A DNA stretch of 56,930 nt. It comes from a virus. Taxonomy: Duplodnaviria; Caudoviricetes. Of the stretch, positions 1 through 10,366 are shown in pieces (position 1 is the stretch's first letter; the number at the start of each line of letters is the position of its first letter). The DNA lies in IMG/VR virus record IMGVR_UViG_3300025267_002563, positions 1-56,930 of that record; one strand, given 5' to 3'. Position numbers and translations under genes: made by a program. Under the pieces are notes generated by a model. It was not told the origin of the DNA and made no database searches. It was given only the letters and a program-made list of their open reading frames with translations.

Positions 1-3000
1 AGCAGCAGCGTTCGTCGCTCCAGTAGCAGCGATGTTCGTTGTGTTCGTTGTGATAGCAGCAGCGTTCGTTGCTCCAGTGGCAGCGATGTTCGTAACATTA
101 GTCGCTATGTTAGTTGCGTTCGTTGCGGCAGCAGCAGCATTAGTAGCTCCTGTAGCAACGATGTTCGTAACGTTAGTCGCTATGTTAGTTGCGTTCGTTG
201 CGGCAGCAGCAGCGTTCGTCGCACCTGTTGATGCTATATTAGTCGCATTAGTAACCGTCAAACCAGACACTATGCTAATCTCACCAGTGGCCGATGTAGC
301 TTGTGTGGTACTGTCTCCGAAAATCAATGACTTAGAAGATGCAAGGCTAATATTTTCAGTAGAATGCCAAGCATCTGTAGCATCTAACCAAGTCCATTTC
401 TTATCACTATCAGTAGATTTTACAACAATTCCGCCATCATTCACTGCGGAGTCATTTCCAATAGGAGTACCGCTGTTAGAAGCCAATTCTAATTGTTTGT
501 CGGCAATAGTTACGGTAGTACTGTCTAGATAAGTTAAAGTTCCACTTACTGTCAAATTACCTTGGGCGATAAGATTGTTGAATGTAGCATTATCGGAAGT
601 ATCGATATAGCTTCTGAGAAGGTTATAATTAGATGCACCAGTAGACGCAATGTTGGTCGTATTCGTTGCAATCGCAGCAGCGTTCGTCGCACCAGTAGAC
701 GCAATGTTGGTCGTATTCGTTGCAATCGCAGCAGCGTTCGTCGCACCAGTAGACGCAATGTTGGTCGTGTTCGTTGCGATCGCAGCAGCATTCGTTGCAC
801 CAGTAGAAGCTATGTTCGTAACGTTGGTTGCAATGTTGGTAACGTTCGTTGCGATAGCAGCAGCGTTAGTTGTTCCTGTACTTGCAACGTCCGCAGCTAA
901 AACACCGGATATGTCGTATACAGCATTAGGAGTAATTGCCCTATCTATTGTTCCATCTGTAGCCGAATCTTGTAACTGTATTATACCGCTAGCAGAAGTA
1001 GTCGCGGTTAAAGCATCAAACGTTGTGCCATTTAGTTGAAGACCACTTCCTGCCGTATAAGTTGTGTCACCATCAACGGCAGATCCATTAAAGTAAAGCG
1101 CACCACCAACATTATATAGCTTGTCAGTTGTACTAGCGGGAGTATTACGCTGAAGTGCAACACCAGTGGCCGCTGTTATAGCTCCACTTGCAGAGACAGC
1201 CCCATCAGCCGTTACGCTTGCTAAAATAGTTTCAGAACTATCTTGCCACTCTGTTAAATTTGCTGTCTGACTAGATGCTCCTTGCACAATAAAACCAACA
1301 TCTGAATTAGCATTTGGCTTAACTTCTAGGGTTGCATCAGGAGATAGATCTGACGCTCCTACATTCCCAATGGCCAATTTTTTAGCTGAAGTATCACCTA
1401 CAAGAACATTTTGAATATGTAGCTTATTACTATTAACTCCAATAATACTTGGGTTTGCTCCGTCAGTAACTATCTCGATATTATCATCACCACTAATAGT
1501 TTTACCTGCATATTTTCCTATAAATATAGTGTTATCTCCGGTTGATAATATTCCAGCACCATAACCTATATTAATTGCATAGTTCGCACTTGAATCAGCG
1601 CCGCCTCCAGCGCTTGAGCCTAGATTGACTTGCCACGCCCCACTCCCATAAGCTCCCGCATTAGCTCCAATGTGAACACTATCCCTACCTTCAAAGTTGC
1701 TTCCTGCGCTAGTGCCAAGACCAACACCATTAATACCAGTTGCAAATTTTCCAGCAAGATATCCAACGTATGTAGAATAATCAGAACCCTCTAAAGAACT
1801 AAAGCTACCAGTTCCTAAGCTCCTACCCGCATAATTACCTATTAAAGTAGTAAATCGCGAAGAGATTCCCGTTCCAGCATAAGAACCGATTACAACATTA
1901 TCACGAGCAACCTCATAACTACCACTACCAGCATAATTCCCTATATAAATACTACGGTCGGTATCATTTCCCGTAGAACCAGCATAATCACCAATCCTAA
2001 TTTCTTTGTTAAACAAAAGTCGGCCATCATTATGTAAATCAACATCTCCCCCATAGGAATGAAATGTACCGTCATTACCTATACCTGCCAAAGTAGTTAG
2101 CGATGAGTTTGTCCACACGGTAAGATAGCCTAACTGAGTTACCGCTCCCTGTATCTCTACAACATTCTCTGAAGCTGTTGTGCTTGCAATTGCTAGTGTG
2201 GCATCTGGAGCTACTTCATTAACACCCAGCTTACCATTAATATATAGTTGAGATCCAAAAATACCTGACAATCCTATATTTGCCGTAGCCGAACCATTAG
2301 CTAATACATACGCACCTGCTGGAGCCGATGCATAATAACCTAATGCTACCCCACTTTTACCCGCCGATGCTCCATAACCTAAAGCTGTATAATATGAAGA
2401 ATTTACCGCAGTAAGCAATGCAGAAGAGTATCCACCAACAGACACTCCATAGTCACCTCTTAAATAGGTGGTGCCGCCTATAGATACGGTATATTTGCCC
2501 GATGTACCCGCTGTAGATGCTGAATTTTCACCTATAGCAATAGCATAATCACCTCTTGAATTTCTTAGAGCATTATGACCTATAGCCACAGCTCCTGCAC
2601 CACCTTGCCTAAGTGATGCATCTGCAAGAGATGAGTCAACCTTTCCAACTATAGTAGATGTCGAATTTGGTCTAGTATTTGAACCTATACTAACAACGCC
2701 TTCAGTTAAGCCAACATCACTAGACATCAATCCAGAAGAACCTATAAAGATAGTATCAGAACCAATGGTTCCAGTTCCAGCGTCCTTACCAATAAACAGA
2801 TTATGGTCCGATACAGCTCCGCTTCCAGCTCCATGCCCAATAGAAATAATATTTCCATATCCTGAATGACTATAAGATGATATTGGATTTCCACTAAATA
2901 AAAGATGACTTCCGTATGTGTCTGATTCTATAAAAGATAACTGAGTTGATCCTGAAAAAGAACCAGACTCAATTCCAGTTCCAGCGTTAAATTGAATATT

Positions 3001-4497
3001 ACTCACCGTACCACCAGCAGTTGCCATTCCAGAAACAATCGAAATGTCGCCTGTGGGAGAAGTATCCATTACAGTTGAATCAGAAAAGTGAATTCCTACA
3101 TTGGAACCACCTTTAATTTCAAGAGAAGAAGTTGCACCAACATTATCAACTCTAAGACTTCCTCCTTGTCCGAGTATTGGAAAACCAAACTGGTCAACCC
3201 CACCAACGAGCCGCACACCAGAACAATATAAAATCCCATTGGATCTCATCCAAGCGGATAAACTTCCAGTTGTACTATACCACTCAGTTAAATTGGGTAC
3301 ATAATTTACGGCGCCAGCGCCCGCTGTATCTGGAACTCCCGTTCCTCCACCCGATGATGGTAACGGGGGTCGTATAACCAAAGCGGTATCTACTTGACTC
3401 TTTGGCACTATTGTAACAGTAGTACCAGATGGATAATTATCCATATTTCCATCTGTGTCACCAATTACCATCATTTTATTTTCAAGGTCGGCCTTGATAA
3501 TGGCAGGGTTTTTGAGAGAGTCTTCTCTGGTCCAATATTGTGAATCTAAATCGCGTCCACCACCGGGATCGTTGTAGTTACATATATACCCAAAACTTCC
3601 ACCGCCAGCACCATCTCCGGTATGCATCACGCGGTCTCCAACCTGATACGTAAAGAGATCTCCCTGATAAGAATTTATAGAAAGTGGTCTACTTCCACCA
3701 CCAAGATACAACCATGCGTTCTTATTCAAGCCATTACTTGTCTGCCTTCCACCAATATACTGCATTCCTGACTGAGTGCCGCTTCCAACAGCATTTCCAA
3801 TTTTAATTGTTCCAGTATTGGTTGGCGTGATAAGATCTATAGCATCCGAAAATGTTATAGCATCAAAATTGCCAGTATTAGCTGTATTAAATTCTGTTCC
3901 AACAAGAGTTAAGCCAGTTCCAGCAGTATAGGTTTGTACGAGCCCAGAAACTGTTGTAATATTAGCAGCATTCGTCGCTCCTGTAGCAGCAATATTCGTA
4001 ACGTTAGTCGCAATATTGGTAACGTTCGTTGCAATCGCAGTAGCGTTAGTCGCTCCTGTAGATGCTATATTAGTCACATTAGTGACAGTCAATCCTGAAA
4101 CAGTAGCAATATCACCGGTAGGAGATGTGATTTGAGATGTACCATCACCAAAAGTAATAGAATCAAAATTTCCATCAGCACCCGATCTTAATGGCGACAT
4201 AATGGTAGCGGGAAGAGTAACAAACACAGTAGAATCACCAACTAAAGTAAGTTTACTGTCATCGCTATTAGAACTTGTAAATACCGTATCTCTTGATAAA
4301 GTATTAGCACTAGAATTGTATGTGCCCTTGCCTACCTCAAAAGTAATACCTTCTTCGATAGTATAATAAGTAGTATTTCCATTGCCAATACCAGAGAGAA
4401 CAACACATCCACTTGTAGCTCCTCCTAAAGCAATGGGACCGGTGCCAACGGTGGAGCTATTCTCCTTGGCACGATCTAAAAACACTATATCACCCAT
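1..4497 (-). CDS. Long tail fibre / adhesin-like virion protein (>1499 aa, runs off the left edge; absent from the ORF track)
   Basis: ATG at 4497 with GGGAGA RBS; begins MGDIVFLDRAKENSSTVGTGPIALGGA. In-frame spot checks at 2530 (YAIAIGENSA, YadA-head-like xAIG repeats) and at 1-60 (TNAAA repeats). Not translated end to end, but the track lists no stop-terminated ORF in this frame. Confidence 0.85.
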   Translation of the reverse strand, partial: MGDIVFLDRAKENSSTVGTGPIALGGATSGCVVLSGIGNGNTTYYTIEEGITFEVGKGTYNSSANTLSRDTVFTSSNSDDSKLTLVGDSTVFVTLPATIMSPLRSGADGNFDSITFGDGTSQITSPTGDIATVSGLTVTNVTNIASTGATNATAIATNVTNIATNVTNIAATGATNAANITTVSGLVQTYTAGTGLTLVGTEFNTANTGNFDAITFSDAIDLITPTNTGTIKIGNAVGSGTQSGMQYIGGRQTSNGLNKNAWLYLGGGSRPLSINSYQGDLFTYQVGDRVMHTGDGAGGGSFGYICNYNDPGGGRDLDSQYWTREDSLKNPAIIKADLENKMMVIGDTDGNMDNYPSGTTVTIVPKSQVDTALVIRPPLPSSGGGTGVPDTAGAGAVNYVPNLTEWYSTTGSLSAWMRSNGILYCSGVRLVGGVDQFGFPILGQGGSLRVDNVGATSSLEIKGGSNVGIHFSDSTVMDTSPTGDISIVSGMATAGGTVSNIQFNAGTGIESGSFSGSTQLSFIESDTYGSHLLFSGNPISSYSHSGYGNIISIGHGAGSGAVSDHNLFIGKDAGTGTIGSDTIFIGSSGLMSSDVGLTEGVVSIGSNTRPNSTSTIVGKVDSSLADASLRQGGAGAVAIGHNALRNSRGDYAIAIGENSASTAGTSGKYTVSIGGTTYLRGDYGVSVGGYSSALLTAVNSSYYTALGYGASAGKSGVALGYYASAPAGAYVLANGSATANIGLSGIFGSQLYINGKLGVNEVAPDATLAIASTTASENVVEIQGAVTQLGYLTVWTNSSLTTLAGIGNDGTFHSYGGDVDLHNDGRLLFNKEIRIGDYAGSTGNDTDRSIYIGNYAGSGSYEVARDNVVIGSYAGTGISSRFTTLIGNYAGRSLGTGSFSSLEGSDYSTYVGYLAGKFATGINGVGLGTSAGSNFEGRDSVHIGANAGAYGSGAWQVNLGSSAGGGADSSANYAINIGYGAGILSTGDNTIFIGKYAGKTISGDDNIEIVTDGANPSIIGVNSNKLHIQNVLVGDTSAKKLAIGNVGASDLSPDATLEVKPNANSDVGFIVQGASSQTANLTEWQDSSETILASVTADGAVSASGAITAATGVALQRNTPASTTDKLYNVGGALYFNGSAVDGDTTYTAGSGLQLNGTTFDALTATTSASGIIQLQDSATDGTIDRAITPNAVYDISGVLAADVASTGTTNAAAIATNVTNIATNVTNIASTGATNAAAIATNTTNIASTGATNAAAIATNTTNIASTGATNAAAIATNTTNIASTGASNYNLLRSYIDTSDNATFNNLIAQGNLTVSGTLTYLDSTTVTIADKQLELASNSGTPIGNDSAVNDGGIVVKSTDSDKKWTWLDATDAWHSTENISLASSKSLIFGDSTTQATSATGEISIVSGLTVTNATNIASTGATNAAAAATNATNIATNVTNIVATGATNAAAAATNATNIATNVTNIAATGATNAAAITTNTTNIAATGATNAAA
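636..800 (-). repeat. 54-bp tandem coding repeat (18-aa unit TNAAAIATNTTNIASTGA) in the tail fibre; degenerate copies at 1-260, 800-890 and 3960-4090
   Basis: GCACCAGTAGACGCAATGTTGGTCGTATTCGTTGCAATCGCAGCAGCGTTCGTC repeated about three times. Confidence 0.9.
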
Positions 4498-4525
4498 GAT
4501 TTAATCTCCCTCGATTAAATTAAAA

Positions 4526-4801
4526 CTATATAGCCGGATCTGTAATCACGGGAGCAGCATCAAGACTGTTCATAGCCTGTTGTCTAGCTAATTTTGCTTC
4601 ATAAGATACAGTATTTTCTACCAAATATTTTCGTACTATTTCATTAGCAAACTGATACGGAGTTTGTGGATTATCTATACTATCCTGCGGATTATCAGAA
4701 TTAGGATCTGAAACTGTTGCATTATATTGATAGTTAGCACATAAAGCCGTTAGTATTCGCTCTACCTGTTCATCAGGAATTTCAATTGCAAAAGTTGCCA
4801 T
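4526..4801 (-). CDS. Hypothetical protein, probably virion-associated
   Basis: 91-aa ORF with AAGGAAGG RBS between capsid and fibre genes. Confidence 0.7.
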   Translation of the reverse strand: MATFAIEIPDEQVERILTALCANYQYNATVSDPNSDNPQDSIDNPQTPYQFANEIVRKYLVENTVSYEAKLARQQAMNSLDAAPVITDPAI

Positions 4802-4835
4802 TACTTACCCTTCCTTTAATATAAAAAACTGTAAG

Positions 4836-4871
4836 AAAAAATCCGGTGGCAGCGAGTGCCACCACCGGATA
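4836..4871 (-). terminator. Intrinsic terminator after the major capsid gene
   Basis: Minus strand ATCCGGTGGTGGCACTCGCTGCCACCGGAT followed by TTTTT. Confidence 0.8.
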
Positions 4872-4904
4872 AATATCCCGTTTTCCAAATTTAGTTAACG
4901 TAGT

Positions 4905-5912
4905 TTAGAAAGCTCCTAGCAAGACACGTCTGGTATCAAGTACAGCAAAGCCATGCTCACCCCATCCGTATAGTCCTGCGCGTCTTTGACGATGCAGAGT
5001 ATCGTCTTCGAAAACCTCTACAGGAGCACGAACCGGCATAACGAAACTATCGCTATTCCGAAGGTCAAGACCAACTACCAATTCGGTTTTACTACTGGGG
5101 AATGAACCAGAAAGATCAGAACTATAGAAATTCTGATACTCTTGACTTTCTCCAAGCTCATCTAAAGTATGAAGGTTTACATTGAAAATGCGCGTCAACA
5201 AGCCACTATCGCTAACGATAAGTTCGCGTCGAGTTGTTGGATCAACTTCATCCACACCCCAGTTACGAATATCTTCGATACCTTCAGGGCTAAGATAAAG
5301 ATCAGTCAACTCACCACGATTAATTGAGGTGGAATTACCTCCTCCGTTTCGTCTCATAATAACTTTCAGGAGAGAAACCAGTCTCTTGCTGAACTGACCA
5401 GCGGAGGCATCTGCATCGTAAATCATAACGTTGCGATCAGCACCAGCAGAGATCAGGGTGTGCCATCCATCGTCGTTCATTTTCTTAGTGAACTGACCTT
5501 GAAGGACATCCATAGCACGCCCAACAACATCCCACCTTGCATCACGGGCATATTTAAGCAACCAGTCAATTGAGGCACCAACGTCATATGTCGGAACCAT
5601 GACATAGTCACCTTCTACGTGTCGCTCTGGAATACGACCATGATTAGGAATTGTGTAAGCCACAAATTCCTTTTCAGTACCGGGCGCTAAGAAATCGAGC
5701 GGAAATTCCGAGGTAGCACCGGGCGCTAAAGTAATCGCCTCAAATACACCATCAAGAATATCTCCACTCATAACGCCCTTGCGAAGAGGAAGCTCTAGTG
5801 CTTTCGCTAACTCACGAGTAGCTGCAAGAGATTCCTCTCGATTCATAGAACCAGCTCTGGTAAGAAGCTCGTTCATTTCTGGAGTAGGTTCAAAATACTT
5901 TTTAGTAGACAT
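4905..5912 (-). CDS. Major capsid protein (probably HK97 fold)
   Basis: 335 aa; gene order terminase-portal-protease/scaffold-decoration-MCP; strong RBS and downstream terminator. Confidence 0.8.
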   Translation of the reverse strand: MSTKKYFEPTPEMNELLTRAGSMNREESLAATRELAKALELPLRKGVMSGDILDGVFEAITLAPGATSEFPLDFLAPGTEKEFVAYTIPNHGRIPERHVEGDYVMVPTYDVGASIDWLLKYARDARWDVVGRAMDVLQGQFTKKMNDDGWHTLISAGADRNVMIYDADASAGQFSKRLVSLLKVIMRRNGGGNSTSINRGELTDLYLSPEGIEDIRNWGVDEVDPTTRRELIVSDSGLLTRIFNVNLHTLDELGESQEYQNFYSSDLSGSFPSSKTELVVGLDLRNSDSFVMPVRAPVEVFEDDTLHRQRRAGLYGWGEHGFAVLDTRRVLLGAF

Positions 5913-5939
5913 GTAATCTCTCCCTTTATATATTATTAA

Positions 5940-6443
5940 TTAAGTAATGTTGATTTCAACCTTGGCAAAACCATCCGCATCTAAGGTACTAAGAAATCTA
6001 CCAACTTTAGGTGTAATTGGTCGAGGAATTGTACCATCAAAGACAGTCATAACTCCCTCTATTGCCGTTGCAGAAATAGTACCAACACGAGTAACGTAAG
6101 CATCGGCACCAATGGTCGGAGTGCCAGAAATCTGATCAGTTACAACCGTACCACGACGAAGCAAGAGAACCTTACTTCCCTTTTGAACTTCGTCTTTAGC
6201 ATAATTAATATGCTGTCTGGTAAGATCTAGGTTAACAACATCGTTTAATAACAATCCAGCCGGATTAGTACCACTAACAGTAGTGGCAATTCCAGCGGGC
6301 GCCTTTACTAATGCACTTGAGTCATCCATAGCGGCACCGGAACCTCCAGTGTCGTGAATAACTACAATACCTCGCTCAGCAGTTTCGTTCATGAAATAGC
6401 TAAGATCGGTTAAATGTTCAACTCTATCTGGTCTTAAAGCCAT
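5940..6443 (-). CDS. Capsid decoration / cement protein
   Basis: 167 aa, Gly/Thr/Val-rich, between scaffold and MCP. Confidence 0.6.
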   Translation of the reverse strand: MALRPDRVEHLTDLSYFMNETAERGIVVIHDTGGSGAAMDDSSALVKAPAGIATTVSGTNPAGLLLNDVVNLDLTRQHINYAKDEVQKGSKVLLLRRGTVVTDQISGTPTIGADAYVTRVGTISATAIEGVMTVFDGTIPRPITPKVGRFLSTLDADGFAKVEINIT

Positions 6444-6461
6444 TTTGTCTCTCCCGATTAA

Positions 6462-7163
6462 TTAATTATTGTTGTCTAAAATAACGGTTTGTACCCAATC
6501 TTGAAGACCGGCACGAACTACCTCCAAACCTTCGTCAGAACCAACACTTACATCCGATTCAACGGAAAGTGGGGTAGCGTCTTCGGCCTGAACAGTTTCT
6601 AAAACTTCTTCATCAACTTTAGCCTCAACCTCTTCGGTAGCTGCAATTTCTTGTGTTTCGTCAACAGCTTCAACTTCAACAGAAGCTTCGGCTTCGTCAT
6701 TTTTATCATCGCTTTGTTTCTTTTCAACATCGGTATAAGCAGCTAAAGTTTCCGATAAAGCAGTAAACTGTTCGTCAGAAAGCGAACCAAACGTTTCCAT
6801 TTTAGCTTCTGCTTCCTCATCAGTTAAACCAGCCTCAACTAGCATGGCTTTTCTAGAACGTGCTTTTTCAGCATCTTGCATCTCTGCAATTTTACTACCA
6901 AGACCATTACGATCTGTTGTCATTTCTTCTAAAGCAGTAGTCAGCTCAGAAATGTTCTTTTGGGCAGTTTCTAATTCCGTAGTTAAAGTTTCAATTTGCT
7001 CAGTTGTAGCAGCAAGCTGTTCGGCCTGCTCCTTAATGCTCTGCTCATATTTTTCGACATTAGCTTCTCCGAGCTTGTCAGCTAATTCTTTATTTTCTGC
7101 CTGAGCAGAATCCAGAGCAGATTTCAAATCAGTGATTTGATCACTTAAAATTTCGTTAGACAT
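6462..7163 (-). CDS. Nested in-frame scaffolding protein (internal start MSNEILSDQ)
   Basis: CAGGAGAG RBS just upstream of the in-frame ATG at 7163, where the coiled-coil domain begins. Confidence 0.55.
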   Translation of the reverse strand: MSNEILSDQITDLKSALDSAQAENKELADKLGEANVEKYEQSIKEQAEQLAATTEQIETLTTELETAQKNISELTTALEEMTTDRNGLGSKIAEMQDAEKARSRKAMLVEAGLTDEEAEAKMETFGSLSDEQFTALSETLAAYTDVEKKQSDDKNDEAEASVEVEAVDETQEIAATEEVEAKVDEEVLETVQAEDATPLSVESDVSVGSDEGLEVVRAGLQDWVQTVILDNNN

Positions 7164-8033
7164 ATTAGTACTCTCCTGTAAATCAGAATGATTGTAGTTG
7201 TCTACTTTTGTTAGTACACCATTTTCATTAAAAAGGGTATTTTTACACGAAAGTGAAGCACTATTAAATTCAAATACTTTATCTTTATCAAAAATAATAC
7301 TTTCAGGATTAGCCGGTCTATCAACAAATCCTTTACCACTAAAGGTTATATTTCTTAAAAGCCTACCAACCTGATGATTTTGATATGCACCTGTTCCACC
7401 ATAAGCTCTAAGGTGTTCCGTTAAAAATGCGGTTTCATTATTACGAGCCACAACATGATGTTTGTTATCAGGACCAATAACCGCGTAATCAAATCCATTA
7501 AAAATACACTCCATAGAGACATATTTATCTCCAGCTTCAATTTTTTCTATAAGGTCCAAAGCACGTTTACGATAGGCTGGATCTTGCCATTGTTTATAAA
7601 TAACAGACGACACTAATATATGATAGTGGTCTGGAAGTTCTTTAATGGCTAAATTTTCATTAATTATATTAAAACTTTCATCAACAGCCCAATTATCAAT
7701 AATTCCACCTACTATCTGTCGTTCGTCATGTTCTAAATTTGTAGGCTTATATTTGGGAGTGTCCTTAGATCCCCACACCTCATCTTTATCAAAAACATCA
7801 TCATTCTTATTCCATGAAGTACTGACCAAAATTGAGTACACATGATAAATATCGTCATCGTCTTTGGCTGCAAGAGAGACTGTAGCTGGAAGAAATTTCG
7901 TTAATTCATTCTTAGTAACAGGCTTGTCAGGCAATAGAACGGGAGACTCATAAGCTATAGACGCATTTGCTATAATAACATCTTCTAAACCGGCGTCTTT
8001 TTCAGCTTTATAGACTTGTATTTTTTTACTCAT
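6462..8033 (-). CDS. Prohead protease fused to a scaffolding domain
   Basis: N-terminal WNKNDD...NLEH...VSMEC...GKGFVDRPANP protease-like motifs; acidic coiled-coil C-terminal half. Confidence 0.7.
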   Translation of the reverse strand: MSKKIQVYKAEKDAGLEDVIIANASIAYESPVLLPDKPVTKNELTKFLPATVSLAAKDDDDIYHVYSILVSTSWNKNDDVFDKDEVWGSKDTPKYKPTNLEHDERQIVGGIIDNWAVDESFNIINENLAIKELPDHYHILVSSVIYKQWQDPAYRKRALDLIEKIEAGDKYVSMECIFNGFDYAVIGPDNKHHVVARNNETAFLTEHLRAYGGTGAYQNHQVGRLLRNITFSGKGFVDRPANPESIIFDKDKVFEFNSASLSCKNTLFNENGVLTKVDNYNHSDLQESTNMSNEILSDQITDLKSALDSAQAENKELADKLGEANVEKYEQSIKEQAEQLAATTEQIETLTTELETAQKNISELTTALEEMTTDRNGLGSKIAEMQDAEKARSRKAMLVEAGLTDEEAEAKMETFGSLSDEQFTALSETLAAYTDVEKKQSDDKNDEAEASVEVEAVDETQEIAATEEVEAKVDEEVLETVQAEDATPLSVESDVSVGSDEGLEVVRAGLQDWVQTVILDNNN

Positions 8034-8041
8034 AGTATATC

Positions 8042-10297
8042 CTACGGGTTTTGCACAAACACTAACAATCTACCATTTTTTCGATAAACTCCCCTTCTGG
8101 AGTAATAATAAATTTCTCCAGTATAAAGGTCTTTATAGGCAAATTTACCTTCGGTAGTATAATGTTCAGCATAGAAAGAAGCACGTATATTTCTAATTTC
8201 TTCAATACTAAGTTTTCTATTGATATCAGATTTAGCGTCAGATATCCATTCTTCACATTTCTCAATTACACCATTTGACAACTTTGCGTTTAATATTACT
8301 TGAATCGTTTCTGCTGTTATGGGTTCGAGATAATCTAAAGAATATAAAATAGAAAATTTAATTTGTTCTGCCTTATTGTATTCTTCAGCAGTTAAGCTAC
8401 GCATGTTCTTTTTGTTGAATTGTTTTAGAATTCCCGGATTTAAAATTTCAGCTATTTTAGACTGTGCTTCCTTAGCCCAAAGCTCAACAGAAGCCTTGAT
8501 CTTAGGCTTAAACTCTTTTGGCTTTCTAGGCTCAATATCTCTTGAATTTTTGGGTCTTCCGGGCTCGTTCGTGTTGTCTGGTTCGTCCACAGGTTCTGAC
8601 GGAGGAGTTTCTTTTGGTCGTCTGAGTTCTAATGCAGATTCATCACCATCTTTATCTTTCAACTTTACACCAACCTGACTGGGAGAAACCACACCCGTTT
8701 GCAATGCAATCTTCTCTAATCCATGCTCTTTATCTACAGAGTGGTATGGACTAACCTTTTCAAGGTTTTTACTATCTCTACTTCTATTTTCCGACATAAC
8801 CCTTCTTTGCTCAATATCTGGTTTAGCCTTAATATGCCTTTGAACAAACTCATCACTAACAATATTTCTATCAGCCATTGCTAATAATAGATTGGTCATG
8901 GCCGCAGGATCATCAAGATACATAAAGTCAAATTCTACTTGAGCAGGAAATCTAAAACCCATTGTCTCTTGAATAATTTTAATCTGATGATTCCAAAAAG
9001 ATAATACTATATTCCGAACATAGTTTAATCTCTCGGTTAAAGTTTTTAAAGAAATAAAGTTATTAGTTGTGCCGCTAGCTCCAAATGTGCCGGTTAGAGT
9101 CGGAGGAATGCCCAAACAAGCATAGATAGCCATAAGGGTAGGACGATACTTTTCCTCACCTAAAAACCTTTGTACATCAGTGCCAGTTTCAAGTAACTCA
9201 ATATCTGGACCCCAAACAATATCCGTTGTTCCACCACCTACATTTGATCCTAAAATGGACTGTAAAGCAGAAGCAGCAGCGGGAGTTGGTGCTAGCTTGT
9301 GATCTAAACTACCAAGCTTGAAAATTCTTATTTTAGATATAGCTCCATCCAAGGCTGTTTTATCTGCAAGTTTAAGTCGTTCATATAGAATGAGATCGTT
9401 AAAACATGCATAAGTCATGGGATCAGCCCATTCTTGCCAATCGTCTTTTTTGTAAAAATAAACAAATGTTTTATCGGGAGGGAGTAAGACACCCTGTTTA
9501 TTTTCCGCTGCCTCTAAAATTTCTTTAGGAATTTGAGATAATAGTTCTCTTTCTCGAGCATTAGTAGAATTACGCAACTTTCTAATCATATTAGCAATAT
9601 TAGATGGTAACTTTATCATATATTTACGATCCCCAACAAGCGAAGCAAGAGCGCCTCCAACAACTTCTACTGTTAGGGGATCAATAAAAGAATACTGCCA
9701 AGGAATCTCGCCTTTAGAAAAGCTAGAAAGCTTAATGTCTGCATTCATATCAGGAGAGGCAACTGATCGTTGCATTTCTAACCTTTTTTGCTTATTAATT
9801 TTAGCAGTATGCATTCTTATAGGTACATTTGCCTCTCGAAACAAAAGGTTGCATAGCCGTTCAGAAGTTTCCTTCCCCTTTACACGACTAAACCAATCGT
9901 TATAGAACCTTTCTACACGCTTATTTTGATGAACTAAGCGTACACCTTGGCAAGCAAAATCCCCCATAAGATCAATAGAATTTCGAATCAACCCTATCCT
10001 TCTATACGCTGTCCTTGCAAAAGCTATAATATCCTTATGTTTTTCAGGAATAGCTTGGTCCGGTCTGAAATAATCATAATCAGAACCTCTTAAGCCGGGT
10101 CTTCCACTGAGATGAGTAGTTAAATCCGAGAAATTCCTAGTTCGAGAACCTTGAGATGCGGTAGCAGCTTCTTGAATAGCATTGGTATAGACCTTCAAAG
10201 AAGCATTACGTTCAGCCTTCGTACCATCCCAACTCACATAAGCTGGACCATCTGGAGGGAAGTTTACTTTTGCATTTGGAGAAGATTTTTTTGTCAC
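8042..10297 (-). CDS. Portal protein
   Basis: 751 aa directly downstream of the large terminase; LGIPPTLTG motif resembles portal proteins. Confidence 0.7.
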   Translation of the reverse strand: MTKKSSPNAKVNFPPDGPAYVSWDGTKAERNASLKVYTNAIQEAATASQGSRTRNFSDLTTHLSGRPGLRGSDYDYFRPDQAIPEKHKDIIAFARTAYRRIGLIRNSIDLMGDFACQGVRLVHQNKRVERFYNDWFSRVKGKETSERLCNLLFREANVPIRMHTAKINKQKRLEMQRSVASPDMNADIKLSSFSKGEIPWQYSFIDPLTVEVVGGALASLVGDRKYMIKLPSNIANMIRKLRNSTNARERELLSQIPKEILEAAENKQGVLLPPDKTFVYFYKKDDWQEWADPMTYACFNDLILYERLKLADKTALDGAISKIRIFKLGSLDHKLAPTPAAASALQSILGSNVGGGTTDIVWGPDIELLETGTDVQRFLGEEKYRPTLMAIYACLGIPPTLTGTFGASGTTNNFISLKTLTERLNYVRNIVLSFWNHQIKIIQETMGFRFPAQVEFDFMYLDDPAAMTNLLLAMADRNIVSDEFVQRHIKAKPDIEQRRVMSENRSRDSKNLEKVSPYHSVDKEHGLEKIALQTGVVSPSQVGVKLKDKDGDESALELRRPKETPPSEPVDEPDNTNEPGRPKNSRDIEPRKPKEFKPKIKASVELWAKEAQSKIAEILNPGILKQFNKKNMRSLTAEEYNKAEQIKFSILYSLDYLEPITAETIQVILNAKLSNGVIEKCEEWISDAKSDINRKLSIEEIRNIRASFYAEHYTTEGKFAYKDLYTGEIYYYSRRGVYRKNGRLLVFVQNP

Positions 10298-10366
10298 TTT
10301 GTTATCCTATAGAAGTAATAGTAATTGAATTAGAATCAATACCTATTGTAGATTACACCAACTGTT

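Noticed and set aside
32-1039. Plus-strand ORFs 32-532, 562-900, 650-1039 and minus-strand 552-800
   Set aside because: Shadows of the repetitive tail-fibre gene in other frames or on the other strand.
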